7,606 bases of DNA. Origin: a virus (taxonomy: Duplodnaviria > Heunggongvirae > Uroviricota > Caudoviricetes). Every line of letters begins with the position of its first letter. Within the stretch, counting starts at the first letter, position 1. Below the pieces are notes generated by a model that did no database searches, was not told where the DNA came from, and saw only the letters and a program-made list of their open reading frames with translations. Made by a program: the position numbers and the translations under genes. The stretch is from IMG/VR virus record IMGVR_UViG_2706794681_000003; one strand, 5' to 3'. Positions 1 through 7,606 of the stretch are shown piece by piece.

Positions 1-119
1 GTCCGGGCATGAAGATACCCCGCGCTCAGCGTGGACTGATGTTCAGACGCCCATGCAGGCGCACCGGATACGGCCAGACAAATGGCTGCGGACAAAATGG
101 CGGCACAAACTTTACGCAT
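1..119 (-). CDS. lom: Lom-like outer-membrane/secreted protein, 5' partial (first 39 codons; continues beyond window start)
   Basis: Minus-strand ATG at 119..117, preceded by GAGAGG about 5 nt upstream. Translation MRKVCAAILSAAICLAVSGAPAWASEHQSTLSAGYLHAR is open to the window edge and has a typical signal peptide (basic n-region, hydrophobic core, A-W-A cleavage motif). It sits immediately downstream of J, where lambda carries lom. Too short for the supplied ORF track. Confidence 0.6.
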   Translation of the reverse strand, partial: MRKVCAAILSAAICLAVSGAPAWASEHQSTLSAGYLHAR

Positions 120-124
120 AATTA

Positions 125-130
125 CCTCTC
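125..130 (-). promoter_or_regulatory. Ribosome-binding site for the lom-like gene
   Basis: Minus-strand GAGAGG ending about 5 nt before the ATG at 119. Confidence 0.5.
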
Positions 131-143
131 GCTTTTCTGCAAT

Positions 144-167
144 AAAAAAGGCGTCATTCCTGACGCC
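144..167 (-). terminator. Rho-independent terminator downstream of J
   Basis: On the minus strand: GGCGTCA-GGAA-TGACGCC (7-bp perfect GC-rich stem, 4-nt loop, 150..167) followed directly by TTTTTT (144..149). Lies 23 nt after the J stop codon and before the lom RBS. Confidence 0.65.
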
Positions 168-189
168 ATTTATTGGGGTTATAAATATT

Positions 190-3100
190 TCAACGAATAC
201 TGATGCCGGAAGCCGCTTTTTTGGTCACAATCACCGTACAGTCGGTGATATTGCCTGCCCCCTGATTGCCTTTCTGGAAAATCTTAAACTCCAGAGTGAC
301 GCTACCACCACCACTAGGCATATCAATAACTGCACTGTAACTACCGGGAATGGCACCTTTAGTTTCTCTGGATGCGATTAATACGCCGTTTTTGCGAACT
401 TCAAAACCATAACCCGTGTATCGCGTGCCTCCTGGGTTATTTCCGCTCCCCGGATCGTCATACGCTATACCGTTAAAAATAATGGGCGGAATAATAATCT
501 GGCGGTCAAAGTTATGATCATCGCTTATGGTGACTGTAACCGTCCCGTTTGGTGTTTCCGTGTTACCCCACGTACCAGCCTGTTTCGGAAATGATTTGGA
601 TACAGCTTTAACGAAGTCACCTCTGACCTGAGTCGCCTCCAGCATGCCCTTAATCGTACAGTTTTCATTTACCGTGACATTGTTGAGCGTCCCGGCGTTC
701 GCATTCACACTGCCACTGATATCCGCATTTTTAGCGGTCAGCTTTCCGTCCGGAGTCAGGGAAAATGCCGATGGATTTCCACCGCTGGTAATGGTGGGGG
801 CCGTCAGGCGTTTCAGGAACACGTCGTTCATGAATATCTGATCGCCCTGACCAACAAACATCGGTTTTGTGTTGCCATTCGCAGGATTAACCATCGCAAT
901 CCTGTCCGCCGCCAGCAGCACCTGACTCTGCATGCCGTCAGGGGTGTTCTCAATACCGGCACCAATACCCGCGATATAAAGGCGTCCGTCCTGCATCTGC
1001 TGCAGCTTCACAGCCCACATGCTGTTCAGGTTATTATTTGTATCAACCTGAACCTTCTGTATCTGCTGAATTGCCGCACTCTGGTCTTCCAGTTTCTTAT
1101 TGACGGTCTGCGTGATTTCATTGCTGACATCCGTAATGGACGTCCTGATTTCAGCCAGGTCAGGCGCAAGCTGACCGTTATCAATCTGCGTCCACAGCTC
1201 CTGAGCCAGATGGGTTTTCCCTATCTCGCCTTTGAAAAAATCCAGATAACCGGATGCATCATCACTCGGCTGACCAACAGCCTCCACGAATGCCGATTTG
1301 CCAACGGTGTTCACACTGCGGATATAAAAGTAATAATCATGGCCCGGTTTGATATTGATACTGGCGGCTATCCAGTACAGCGCCGTGCCAAGATAGCGTG
1401 CTGTGGTTTCAACCTGCCTGATATCCGCAATCCGCTTTTCCGAGAACCAGAACTCAAACTGTACCGTCGGATCATAAACCGCAAGATGCGGCGTGGCGGT
1501 TATCTGAAAATAGCCCGGCGTCAGCTCAATCCGCGACAGCGCTGCCGGTGCGGCAATCCGGAACGATACCGACGCCGGATCGCCCTGCTGCCCCCACGCA
1601 TTTACTGCCCGGACTGTCAGCCTGTAGTTCCCCAGCGCCAGTTGTGTGAAGCGGTAAGTGGTTTCCGTCGTCCGGGCCGTGCTGACCNNNNNNNNNNNNN
1701 NNNNNNNNNNNNNNNNNNNNNTCAGGTGCTGCACCGCTGGCGGCGTGACACCATTCACCGTGCCGCTCTGGTCGCCGTCAAAGTGCGCCCCGTTATCCAC
1801 GATGGCTTCTTTTTCCGGCACATGCTGCACGGCGGTGATGGCATACGTGCCGTCGTCGTTCTCACGGATACTCACGCAGCGGAACAGGCGCTGGCGCAGC
1901 GTCGGCAGCTTCAGCCCCCATACGCTGTATTCAGCAACACCGTCAGGAACACGGCTCACTTTTACCTTCACGCCGTCGGTGACGGACTGGACCTCCACGC
2001 TGACCGGATTACCCTCACCGTCAACCAGGCTTATCAGCGTGGTGCCGGAGGATGGCAGCGTGATTTCACGGTCGAGCGTCAGCGTCCGGGTCTGGCTGTT
2101 CACCGCCAGCACGCGCCCGCCGGTGCGGATACCGGCATAGTCATCATCGCAGATTTCAATGACATCGCCCGGTACATGACGAAGCCCTTCAGCACCCACG
2201 CTGAAATCCACGGTCTGCGTCTCCAGCAGTTCCGTTTTAATCAGCCACAGCCCGGCGCGGTGTGCCTGCCCCCGGCTGGTACAGCCAAAGGCATCCATCT
2301 TCGTGACGTTACGACCGTAACGGACAATGGCCTGCGTATCCTCCACAAGCTCTGTCGCCGTCTCCCAGCCGTTATCCGGGTCAATCCAGTTCACCTCAAC
2401 GGCATTATGGCGGTCTTTCAGGGCGCTGAAACTGTAGCGGAACGGCGCGCCATCATCCGGCATCACCACATTACTGCGGTTATAGGCCCACACCTTATCC
2501 GACTGTCGGTCCTGCACGAACGTCAGCGTCTGCCCGTTCCATACCGGCATACAGCGCATCGCCGAGCAGAAATCACTGAGCACATCCCACGCCTTGCGCT
2601 GTGTGGTCAGCCAGGCATTACAGGTGATGCGCGGCTCCGTGCTGCCAAAGCCGTCCGGCACCGACTGGTCACAGTACTGGCCGATGACATACAGCGCCCA
2701 TTTATCCACATCTGCCGCACCAAGACGTTTCCCCATGCCATAGCGCGGATGGGTCAGCATATCCCACAGACACCAGGCCATGTTGTTGCTGTATGCCGGT
2801 TTTAACGTTCCGTCCCAGATACCGCTGTATTGCCGCGTCTGCGGATTATAGTTCGACGGCACCTGCAGAATGCGCCCGCGAAGATGATAATTACGGCTCA
2901 CCTGCTGGCTGCCGAACTGTTCCGAGTCCACCTGCACACCGACCAGTGCCGTGTTCGGGTAGCACTGTTTCACATCGATGATTTCGGTGTATGACGACCA
3001 GAGCGTTTTGTTCTGCAGCTGGTCTGTGGTGCTGTCCGGCGTCATTCTGCGCATCCGGATATTAAACGGGCGCGGCGGCAGGTTATCCACCACCACTGAG

Positions 3101-3594
3101 GCCAGATACTGCGAGGTGGTTTTACCCTTAATGGTGATGTCTTTTTCCGTCACCCAGCCACCGTTACGCTGTATCTGAACCAGCAGGCGAACTTCAGACG
3201 GATTCCTGTCTCCCTTTGAGGTGGTTTCCACCAGTGCCTGTACACCGAAGGTAAAACGCAGTCGGTCAATGTTTGCCGACGTGATGGTCCGGGTGATCGG
3301 CGTGTCATATTTCACTTCCGTACCCAGCACCGTCTCGGAGCCGGAGGATTCAAACCCCTCCGGCGGTGACTGCTCCTGCTCACCTGCCCGGAACACCACC
3401 GTGACGCCGGAGATGTTGGTATTCCCCTCACTGTCCAGCACCGGCGTACTGTTCAGCAGCACGCTTTTTAATCCATCCACCGGACCTTCAACCGGCCCTT
3501 CGCTGATGGCATCGATCACACTCAGCAGCTGCGTGGACTTCAGGTTGTCCTTCGCTTCGCGCGGGGTATGCCCCTTACTGCTGCCTTTACCCAT
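190..3594 (-). CDS. J: Central tail fibre / host specificity protein J (tail tip), 1134 aa
   Basis: Full ORF, ATG at 3594 with GGAG about 8 nt upstream. The N-terminal and central portion ([24 protein letters not shown]...) is near-identical to lambda gpJ as I recall it. The C-terminal ~360 aa are divergent and lower in GC. Contains a 34-nt N block (1688..1721) that keeps the frame. Confidence 0.95.
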   Translation of the reverse strand: MGKGSSKGHTPREAKDNLKSTQLLSVIDAISEGPVEGPVDGLKSVLLNSTPVLDSEGNTNISGVTVVFRAGEQEQSPPEGFESSGSETVLGTEVKYDTPITRTITSANIDRLRFTFGVQALVETTSKGDRNPSEVRLLVQIQRNGGWVTEKDITIKGKTTSQYLASVVVDNLPPRPFNIRMRRMTPDSTTDQLQNKTLWSSYTEIIDVKQCYPNTALVGVQVDSEQFGSQQVSRNYHLRGRILQVPSNYNPQTRQYSGIWDGTLKPAYSNNMAWCLWDMLTHPRYGMGKRLGAADVDKWALYVIGQYCDQSVPDGFGSTEPRITCNAWLTTQRKAWDVLSDFCSAMRCMPVWNGQTLTFVQDRQSDKVWAYNRSNVVMPDDGAPFRYSFSALKDRHNAVEVNWIDPDNGWETATELVEDTQAIVRYGRNVTKMDAFGCTSRGQAHRAGLWLIKTELLETQTVDFSVGAEGLRHVPGDVIEICDDDYAGIRTGGRVLAVNSQTRTLTLDREITLPSSGTTLISLVDGEGNPVSVEVQSVTDGVKVKVSRVPDGVAEYSVWGLKLPTLRQRLFRCVSIRENDDGTYAITAVQHVPEKEAIVDNGAHFDGDQSGTVNGVTPPAVQHLXXXXXXXXXXXXVSTARTTETTYRFTQLALGNYRLTVRAVNAWGQQGDPASVSFRIAAPAALSRIELTPGYFQITATPHLAVYDPTVQFEFWFSEKRIADIRQVETTARYLGTALYWIAASINIKPGHDYYFYIRSVNTVGKSAFVEAVGQPSDDASGYLDFFKGEIGKTHLAQELWTQIDNGQLAPDLAEIRTSITDVSNEITQTVNKKLEDQSAAIQQIQKVQVDTNNNLNSMWAVKLQQMQDGRLYIAGIGAGIENTPDGMQSQVLLAADRIAMVNPANGNTKPMFVGQGDQIFMNDVFLKRLTAPTITSGGNPSAFSLTPDGKLTAKNADISGSVNANAGTLNNVTVNENCTIKGMLEATQVRGDFVKAVSKSFPKQAGTWGNTETPNGTVTVTISDDHNFDRQIIIPPIIFNGIAYDDPGSGNNPGGTRYTGYGFEVRKNGVLIASRETKGAIPGSYSAVIDMPSGGGSVTLEFKIFQKGNQGAGNITDCTVIVTKKAASGISIR
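1688..1721. other. Masked/unresolved sequence (34 N) inside J
   Basis: Run of n characters; the J reading frame is preserved across it (12 X codons). Confidence 0.99.
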
Positions 3595-3654
3595 TCGTCA
3601 TGCTCCATAAACGATAAAACCGCCCGGAGGCGATTTCACATAAAACATTTTGCA

Positions 3655-4227
3655 TCAGCGACCAATCACCACAACCTGACCACCGTCCCCTTCGTCTGCC
3701 GTGCTGATCTCCTGAGATACCACACGTGACCCCACGCGCATTTCACCATACAGAACAGGCATAACATTGCCCTGGGCAACCATGTTATCCAGTGAGGAGA
3801 AATAGGTGTTCTGCTTACCGTTATCCGTTGTCTGTGTGCGGGGAGTTCTGGCTTTCGGTGCCAGCATCTGAGCCACACCGCCGAGCACCATACTGGCACC
3901 GAGAGAAAACAGAATGCCGGTCATACCACCGGCACCAATGGCAGCCCCCCATGCTGCAAGGGTGGCTCCGGCGGTAAAGAATGATCCGGCAATGGCGGCT
4001 GCTCCCAGGACAATCTGGAATACACCACCTGACTTGGCCCCGGCGACTCTGGGAACAATATGAATCACAGCGCCGTCAGGCAGAGCCTCATGTAACTGTG
4101 CCGTTAATCCGGACGTGCTAACATCCTGCCCGGCAATACGCACCTGATACCAGCCGTCGCTCAGCTTCTGACGAAACGCAGGGAGCTGTGTGGCCATCGC
4201 CCGGATGGCTTCAGCCCCTGTTTTCAC
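3655..4227 (-). CDS. I: Tail tip assembly protein I (start uncertain; may extend to 4251)
   Basis: ORF KTGAEAIRAMATQLPAFRQKLSDGWYQVRIAG... ending ...EGDGGQVVVIGR matches lambda gpI as recalled. The track start at 4227 is a GTG. The frame is open upstream only to an in-frame TGA at 4267..4269. The codon at 4251..4249 is 'atn' on the minus strand, which would be ATG if the masked base is C on the plus strand. There is a 60-nt spacer before J. Confidence 0.85.
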   Translation of the reverse strand: MKTGAEAIRAMATQLPAFRQKLSDGWYQVRIAGQDVSTSGLTAQLHEALPDGAVIHIVPRVAGAKSGGVFQIVLGAAAIAGSFFTAGATLAAWGAAIGAGGMTGILFSLGASMVLGGVAQMLAPKARTPRTQTTDNGKQNTYFSSLDNMVAQGNVMPVLYGEMRVGSRVVSQEISTADEGDGGQVVVIGR

Positions 4228-4882
4228 ACGAAGATCGATGCGGCGGCCNATACCTCTCTCGTTTGCTCAGTTGTTCAGGAATATGGTGCAGCAGCTCGCC
4301 GTCACCACAGTAAATGGCGGCATGATTCGGCACCGATGAACCAAAACAGCACAGCAGCACATCGCCCGGCTGCGCCGCTGACAACGGCACCTGATACAGC
4401 CCTGTGGCCTCCAGATTATCCAGATAGAGATTCTGACCGTGACGCCACCAGTCATCCTCACGATAAAAGTCCGGCATCTCAATCCCCGCCAGATGGTAAG
4501 CGTCCCGGAACAGCGTGTAACAGTCCGTCACCCCGTGCTCAAAGCGCCGCCCGGTAAGATGTGGCACACAGCGGAACTTGTGAATCGCCCCCCGGCAGAC
4601 CAGCCACCACGGCAAATCACTCTGCACCTGCAGCCGCCGGTCGGCCTCACTCAGCCAGGGCAGACCACCGGGGTGGCTGTGGACCAGTGCCACAATCTCA
4701 CCCTGCATCTCTGCCTGCAGCCAGTCTTCCGGCGACATACGGAAATACGCCTCCGGCTCACCGGAGATATTCACGCAGGGGAAATATCTTTCCCCCTCCG
4801 GCGTTCTTACCACGAAGCCGCACGACTCCGCTGGAGCACATCGCCGGGCGTGCGCCAGAATCGCTGATTCTGTCTCTGTCAT
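4211..4882 (-). CDS. K: Tail tip assembly protein K (JAMM/MPN + NlpC/P60 two-domain protein)
   Basis: ORF MTETESAILAHARRCAPAESCGFVV... with a JAMM motif H-S-H-x7-S-x2-D (residues 68-81, nt 4640..4681) and a downstream Cys (residue 121, nt 4520..4522) followed by His residues, as in NlpC/P60 enzymes. ATG is 5 nt after the L stop. The 3' end overlaps the I start region out of frame. A single masked base (4249) lies in the last 13 codons, so the exact C-terminus is uncertain. Confidence 0.85.
   Translation of the reverse strand: MTETESAILAHARRCAPAESCGFVVRTPEGERYFPCVNISGEPEAYFRMSPEDWLQAEMQGEIVALVHSHPGGLPWLSEADRRLQVQSDLPWWLVCRGAIHKFRCVPHLTGRRFEHGVTDCYTLFRDAYHLAGIEMPDFYREDDWWRHGQNLYLDNLEATGLYQVPLSAAQPGDVLLCCFGSSVPNHAAIYCGDGELLHHIPEQLSKRERYXPPHRSSCENRG
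4249..4249. other. Single masked base (n) in the K/I overlap
   Basis: Single n character; it affects one K codon and a possible I start codon. Confidence 0.99.
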
Positions 4883-4887
4883 GGGAT

Positions 4888-5586
4888 TTACTGCGAAAGT
4901 TTGTTAATGGAAAGGAAGCCGCCAAAGTTGCCGACGTTATTGCGAAACTTACAGCCACTCAGGCATTTGCTGCATTTATCCTTCGTGATGTCGGACGTTG
5001 GCTGGTCATATTCATCCGCGACCGCCGGACCGTGATAACCGCACTCATCGCCGCGATAGGTCCAGGTGCAGGTGTTGGCCAGCATGATACGTCCCGGAAA
5101 AACAGCGCCATCTGTTTCCGTCGGCGTGGACAGCACAAAGGAGGCACTGACCGCGCTCAGTTCGCTGCACTGCTCGACGCGCCAGCGGCTGATCACCTCC
5201 TGCTCCGGATCGGCATCACTGTTTCCGTTGACGAAATTCACCGCATCCAGAAAACGGGCGTAAACCTTACGCCTGACCACCGTTCCGCCGACCAGACTCT
5301 GTAGATCTTCCGCCATCCCGGTGACCATACCGTACAGGTTAGAAACCGTCAGCGTGGGGCGCGTACTGGTGCCTTTGCCATTCAGTTCAAAACCACTCCC
5401 CTGAATGGGATACGGCTGATACTGTCGCCCCTGCCAGGTGACCGGCTCACCTTTTTCGTTCTGCTCATTACAGAAAAAATAACGTTCTCCACCGACCTCT
5501 GTCAGATCGATTTCCCAGAGCACCACGCTGGCCGACTGCTCCGCACGGGTGCATTCATTCAGTGTTTCCTGTTGGATATCCTGCAT
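4888..5586 (-). CDS. L: Tail tip protein L, 232 aa
   Basis: Full ORF MQDIQQETLNECTRAEQSASVVLWEIDL... with C-terminal cysteines at residues 173, 182, 205, 208 and 212. Its start overlaps the M stop (TGATG). Same length as lambda gpL as recalled. Confidence 0.95.
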   Translation of the reverse strand: MQDIQQETLNECTRAEQSASVVLWEIDLTEVGGERYFFCNEQNEKGEPVTWQGRQYQPYPIQGSGFELNGKGTSTRPTLTVSNLYGMVTGMAEDLQSLVGGTVVRRKVYARFLDAVNFVNGNSDADPEQEVISRWRVEQCSELSAVSASFVLSTPTETDGAVFPGRIMLANTCTWTYRGDECGYHGPAVADEYDQPTSDITKDKCSKCLSGCKFRNNVGNFGGFLSINKLSQ

Positions 5587-5915
5587 CAGTTCACCACCTG
5601 TTCAAACTCTGCGCTGAACTCAACACGCAGCATACTGACCCGCGACGACCATTTTGCGCAGGTCACCTTTATCTGCCGCCACTCATAAGGCGGCGTCCAC
5701 AGAAAGGCTTTCCAGCCCCCGTGCTCTTCCAGAAACGACTCCAGTACCATGGCCTCCTCACGGGGGACAGAAAGCGTCACGCTGTACGTTTTCAGGTTGG
5801 CATTCAGCCCGGCAGGCGCTCGCTGGGAATAGCCATCACCAAAGCGCACCTTTCTTACAGAAGGGGCCGAAGCCACATCCATACCGGGTTTCACTTTCCA
5901 GCGGAAGGTTTTCAT
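5586..5915 (-). CDS. M: Tail tip protein M, 109 aa
   Basis: Full ORF MKTFRWKVKPGMDVASAPSVRKVRFGDGYSQRAPAGL... Its ATG overlaps the H stop (ATGA at 5915..5912). Same length as lambda gpM as recalled. Confidence 0.95.
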   Translation of the reverse strand: MKTFRWKVKPGMDVASAPSVRKVRFGDGYSQRAPAGLNANLKTYSVTLSVPREEAMVLESFLEEHGGWKAFLWTPPYEWRQIKVTCAKWSSRVSMLRVEFSAEFEQVVN

Positions 5916-7606
5916 CGTCCACCTCCGGAGAACAGGCCACCATCACGCATCTGTGTCTGAATTTCATCACGGGCACCCTTGCGGGCCATGTCATACACGG
6001 CCTTCATCATCTGTGGACCTGGCAGACCATTCGTACCGTCGTTCTGAATNNNNNNNNNNNNNNNNNNNNNNNNNNNNNNNNNNNNNNNNNNNNNNNNNNN
6101 NNNNNNNNNNNNNNNNNNNNNNNNNNNNNNNNNNNNNNNNNNNNNNNNNNNNNNNNNNNNNNNNNNNNNNNNNNNNNNNNNNNNNNNNNNNNNNNNNNNN
6201 NNNNNNNNNNNNNNNNNNNNNNNNNNNNNNNNNNNNNNNNNNNNNNNNNNNNNNNNNNNNNNNNNNNNNNNNNNNNNNNNNNNNNNNNNNNNNNNNNNNG
6301 CCGCCACCAACAGCCCCGCCAATGGCGCTGCCGATACTCCCGACAATCCCCACCATTGCCTGCTTAAGCAGAATTTCTGTCATCATGGACAGCACGGAAC
6401 GGGTGAAGCTGCGCCAGTTCTGTTCACTGCCGGTCAGCATCGCCGCCATATTCTGTGCAATACCATCAAAGGTCTGCGTGGCAGCACTTTTAACCTGCGA
6501 CATACTGTCCGTGGCGCTCTCTTCCCACTCACTCCAGCCGGACTTCAGGCCTGCCATCCAGCTCCCGCGAAGCTGGTCTTCAGCCGCCCAGGTCTTTTTC
6601 TGCTCTGACATGACGTTATTCAGCGCCAGAGGATTATCGCCATACTGTTCCTTCAGGCGCTGTTCCGTGGCTTCCCGCGCTGCCTGCCGGTCAGTCAGCC
6701 CCCGGTTTTTCGCATCAATGGCTGCCCGTTTTGCCCGTTGCTGCTGTGCGAATTTATCCGCCTGCTGCGCCAGCGCATTCAGGTGCTCCTGATACGTAAC
6801 CTTGTCACCAAGTGCAGCCAGCTGGCGTTTGTACTCCAGCGTCTCGTCTTTATGCGCCAGCAGGGATTTCTCCTGTGCGGACAGCTGGCGACGTTGTGCC
6901 GCCTCCTCCAGTACCGCGAACTGACTTTCTGCCTTCCACAAATCCCGGCGCTGCTGGCTGATTTTCTCATTCGCTCCGGCATGCTTCTCCAGCGTCCGGA
7001 GTTCTGCCTGAAGCGTCAGCAGGGCCGCATGAGCACTGTCTTCCTGACGATCGCCCGCATACACCTTCACGCCGGACTGTTTCGGCTTTTTCAGCGTCGC
7101 TTCATAATCCTTTTTCGCCGCCGCCATCAGCGTGTTGTAATCTGCCTGCAGGATTTTTCCGTCTTTCAGTGCCTTGTTCAGTTCTTCCTGACGGGCGGTA
7201 TATTTCTCCAGCGGCGTCTGCAGCCGTTCGTAAGCCTTCTGCGCCTCTTCGGTATATTTCAGCCGTGACGCTTCGGTATCGCTCTGCTGCTGCGCATTTT
7301 TGTCCTGTTGACGCTGTTGATCTACCCTCTTTTGGGCTGCATCCCGCTCCAGGCGTTTTTTTTCACGATCATCCCAGTAACGCGCCCGTGCTTCATCGTT
7401 AACGAAATAATCATCCTTGCGCAGATTCCAGATGTCGTCTGCTTTCTTAAACGCAGCCTCTGCCTTAATCAGCATCTCCTGCGCGGTATCAGGACGACCA
7501 ATATCCAGCACCGCATCCCACATGGATTTGAATGCACGTGCAGTCCTGTCTGCCCAGGTCTCCAGCGTGCCCATGTTCTCTTTCAGGCGGCGGGTCTGGT
7601 CATCAA
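5912..7606 (-). CDS. H: Tail tape measure protein H, 3' portion (5' end beyond window; interrupted by masked block)
   Basis: The minus-strand frame is open to the window end (…DDQTRRLKENMGTLETWADRTARAFKSMWDAVLDIGRPDTAQEMLIKAEAA…). It contains a long charged, Q/K/E/R-rich predicted coiled-coil region, then the hydrophobic Gly-rich MVGIVGSIGSAIGGAVGGG, then the N block, then IQNDGTNGLPGPQMMKAVYDMARKGARDEIQTQMRDGGLFSGGGR and a stop overlapping the M start. The two flanks of the N block are in different frames (ORFs 5991..7574 and 5912..6346). Confidence 0.9.
6050..6299. other. Masked/unresolved sequence (250 N) inside H
   Basis: Run of n characters. The H frame upstream and downstream of the block would need a span of 250±1 mod 3 to join, so the block length is probably not the true length. 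Confidence 0.99.

Noticed and set aside
9-381. Plus-strand ORFs 9..203 and 82..381 at the window start
   Set aside because: They overlap the minus-strand lom start, the terminator and the J 3' end. They have no RBS support and show low-complexity translation.
1210-2805. 531-aa plus-strand ORF
   Set aside because: Lies entirely antisense to the J coding sequence in a high-GC region. The product is Arg/Pro/His-rich and low-complexity, and it spans the masked block. It is an antisense shadow ORF, not a gene.
3615-3635. Short GC-rich inverted repeat (CGCC-TCCG-GGCG) followed by a T-rich run in the I-J spacer
   Set aside because: The stem is only 4 bp and sits between co-transcribed tail genes. 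It is too weak to call a terminator or attenuator and may simply be spacer sequence carrying the J RBS.
3666-4482. Small minus/plus ORFs nested in I and K (3666..3899, 3792..3977, 4267..4482, 4336..4557)
   Set aside because: These are alternative-frame or antisense ORFs inside well-supported genes. The 4267..4482 ORF is the upstream part of the I frame, terminated by the TGA discussed in the findings, not an independent gene.
4561-5304. 247-aa plus-strand ORF
   Set aside because: Antisense to K and L, which have strong independent support. The product is Pro/Ala/Arg-rich with no recognisable features.
5654-6792. Plus-strand ORFs 5654..6367 and 5953..6792, and the minus ORF 5991..7574 read through the N block
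   Set aside because: These ORFs are kept open largely by the 250 N, which cannot encode stops. They are artefacts of masking or antisense to H and M.
6738-7268. 176-aa plus-strand ORF
   Set aside because: Antisense to the H coiled-coil region. The leucine/glutamine-rich product is typical of the reverse complement of a charged coiled-coil coding sequence.
1-7606. Search for CRISPR repeats, tRNA/rRNA genes, IS-element terminal inverted repeats or a defence/toxin-antitoxin island
   Set aside because: No direct-repeat/spacer periodicity, no tRNA-like cloverleaf candidates and no transposase-like ORFs were found. The whole window is accounted for by contiguous tail genes plus lom, so I found no evidence for a novel system in the readable sequence (masked regions excepted).

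Overview
The window is a lambda-like phage or prophage tail-tip module, encoded entirely on the minus strand. Read 5'->3' on the minus strand (high to low coordinates) it contains: the 3' ~565 codons of the tape-measure gene H (runs off the window end, interrupted by a 250-nt N block), M, L, K, I, the 1134-codon central tail fibre/host-specificity gene J (with a 34-nt N block), a rho-independent terminator, and the first 39 codons of a lom-like secreted/outer-membrane protein gene that runs off the window start. Gene junctions show classic lambdoid coupling (ATGA and TGATG overlaps, K/I out-of-frame overlap). I see no tRNA, rRNA, CRISPR array, IS element or obvious new multi-gene system; all substantial plus-strand ORFs are antisense shadows of these genes. 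The observations most worth a second look are: (1) a sharp GC drop over the last ~360 codons of J, suggesting an exchanged receptor-binding module; (2) an ambiguous start for I, with an in-frame TGA and a masked base sitting in a candidate start codon; (3) three masked (N) segments, one of which breaks the H reading frame. Protein identities come from my memory of phage lambda sequences; no database search was run.
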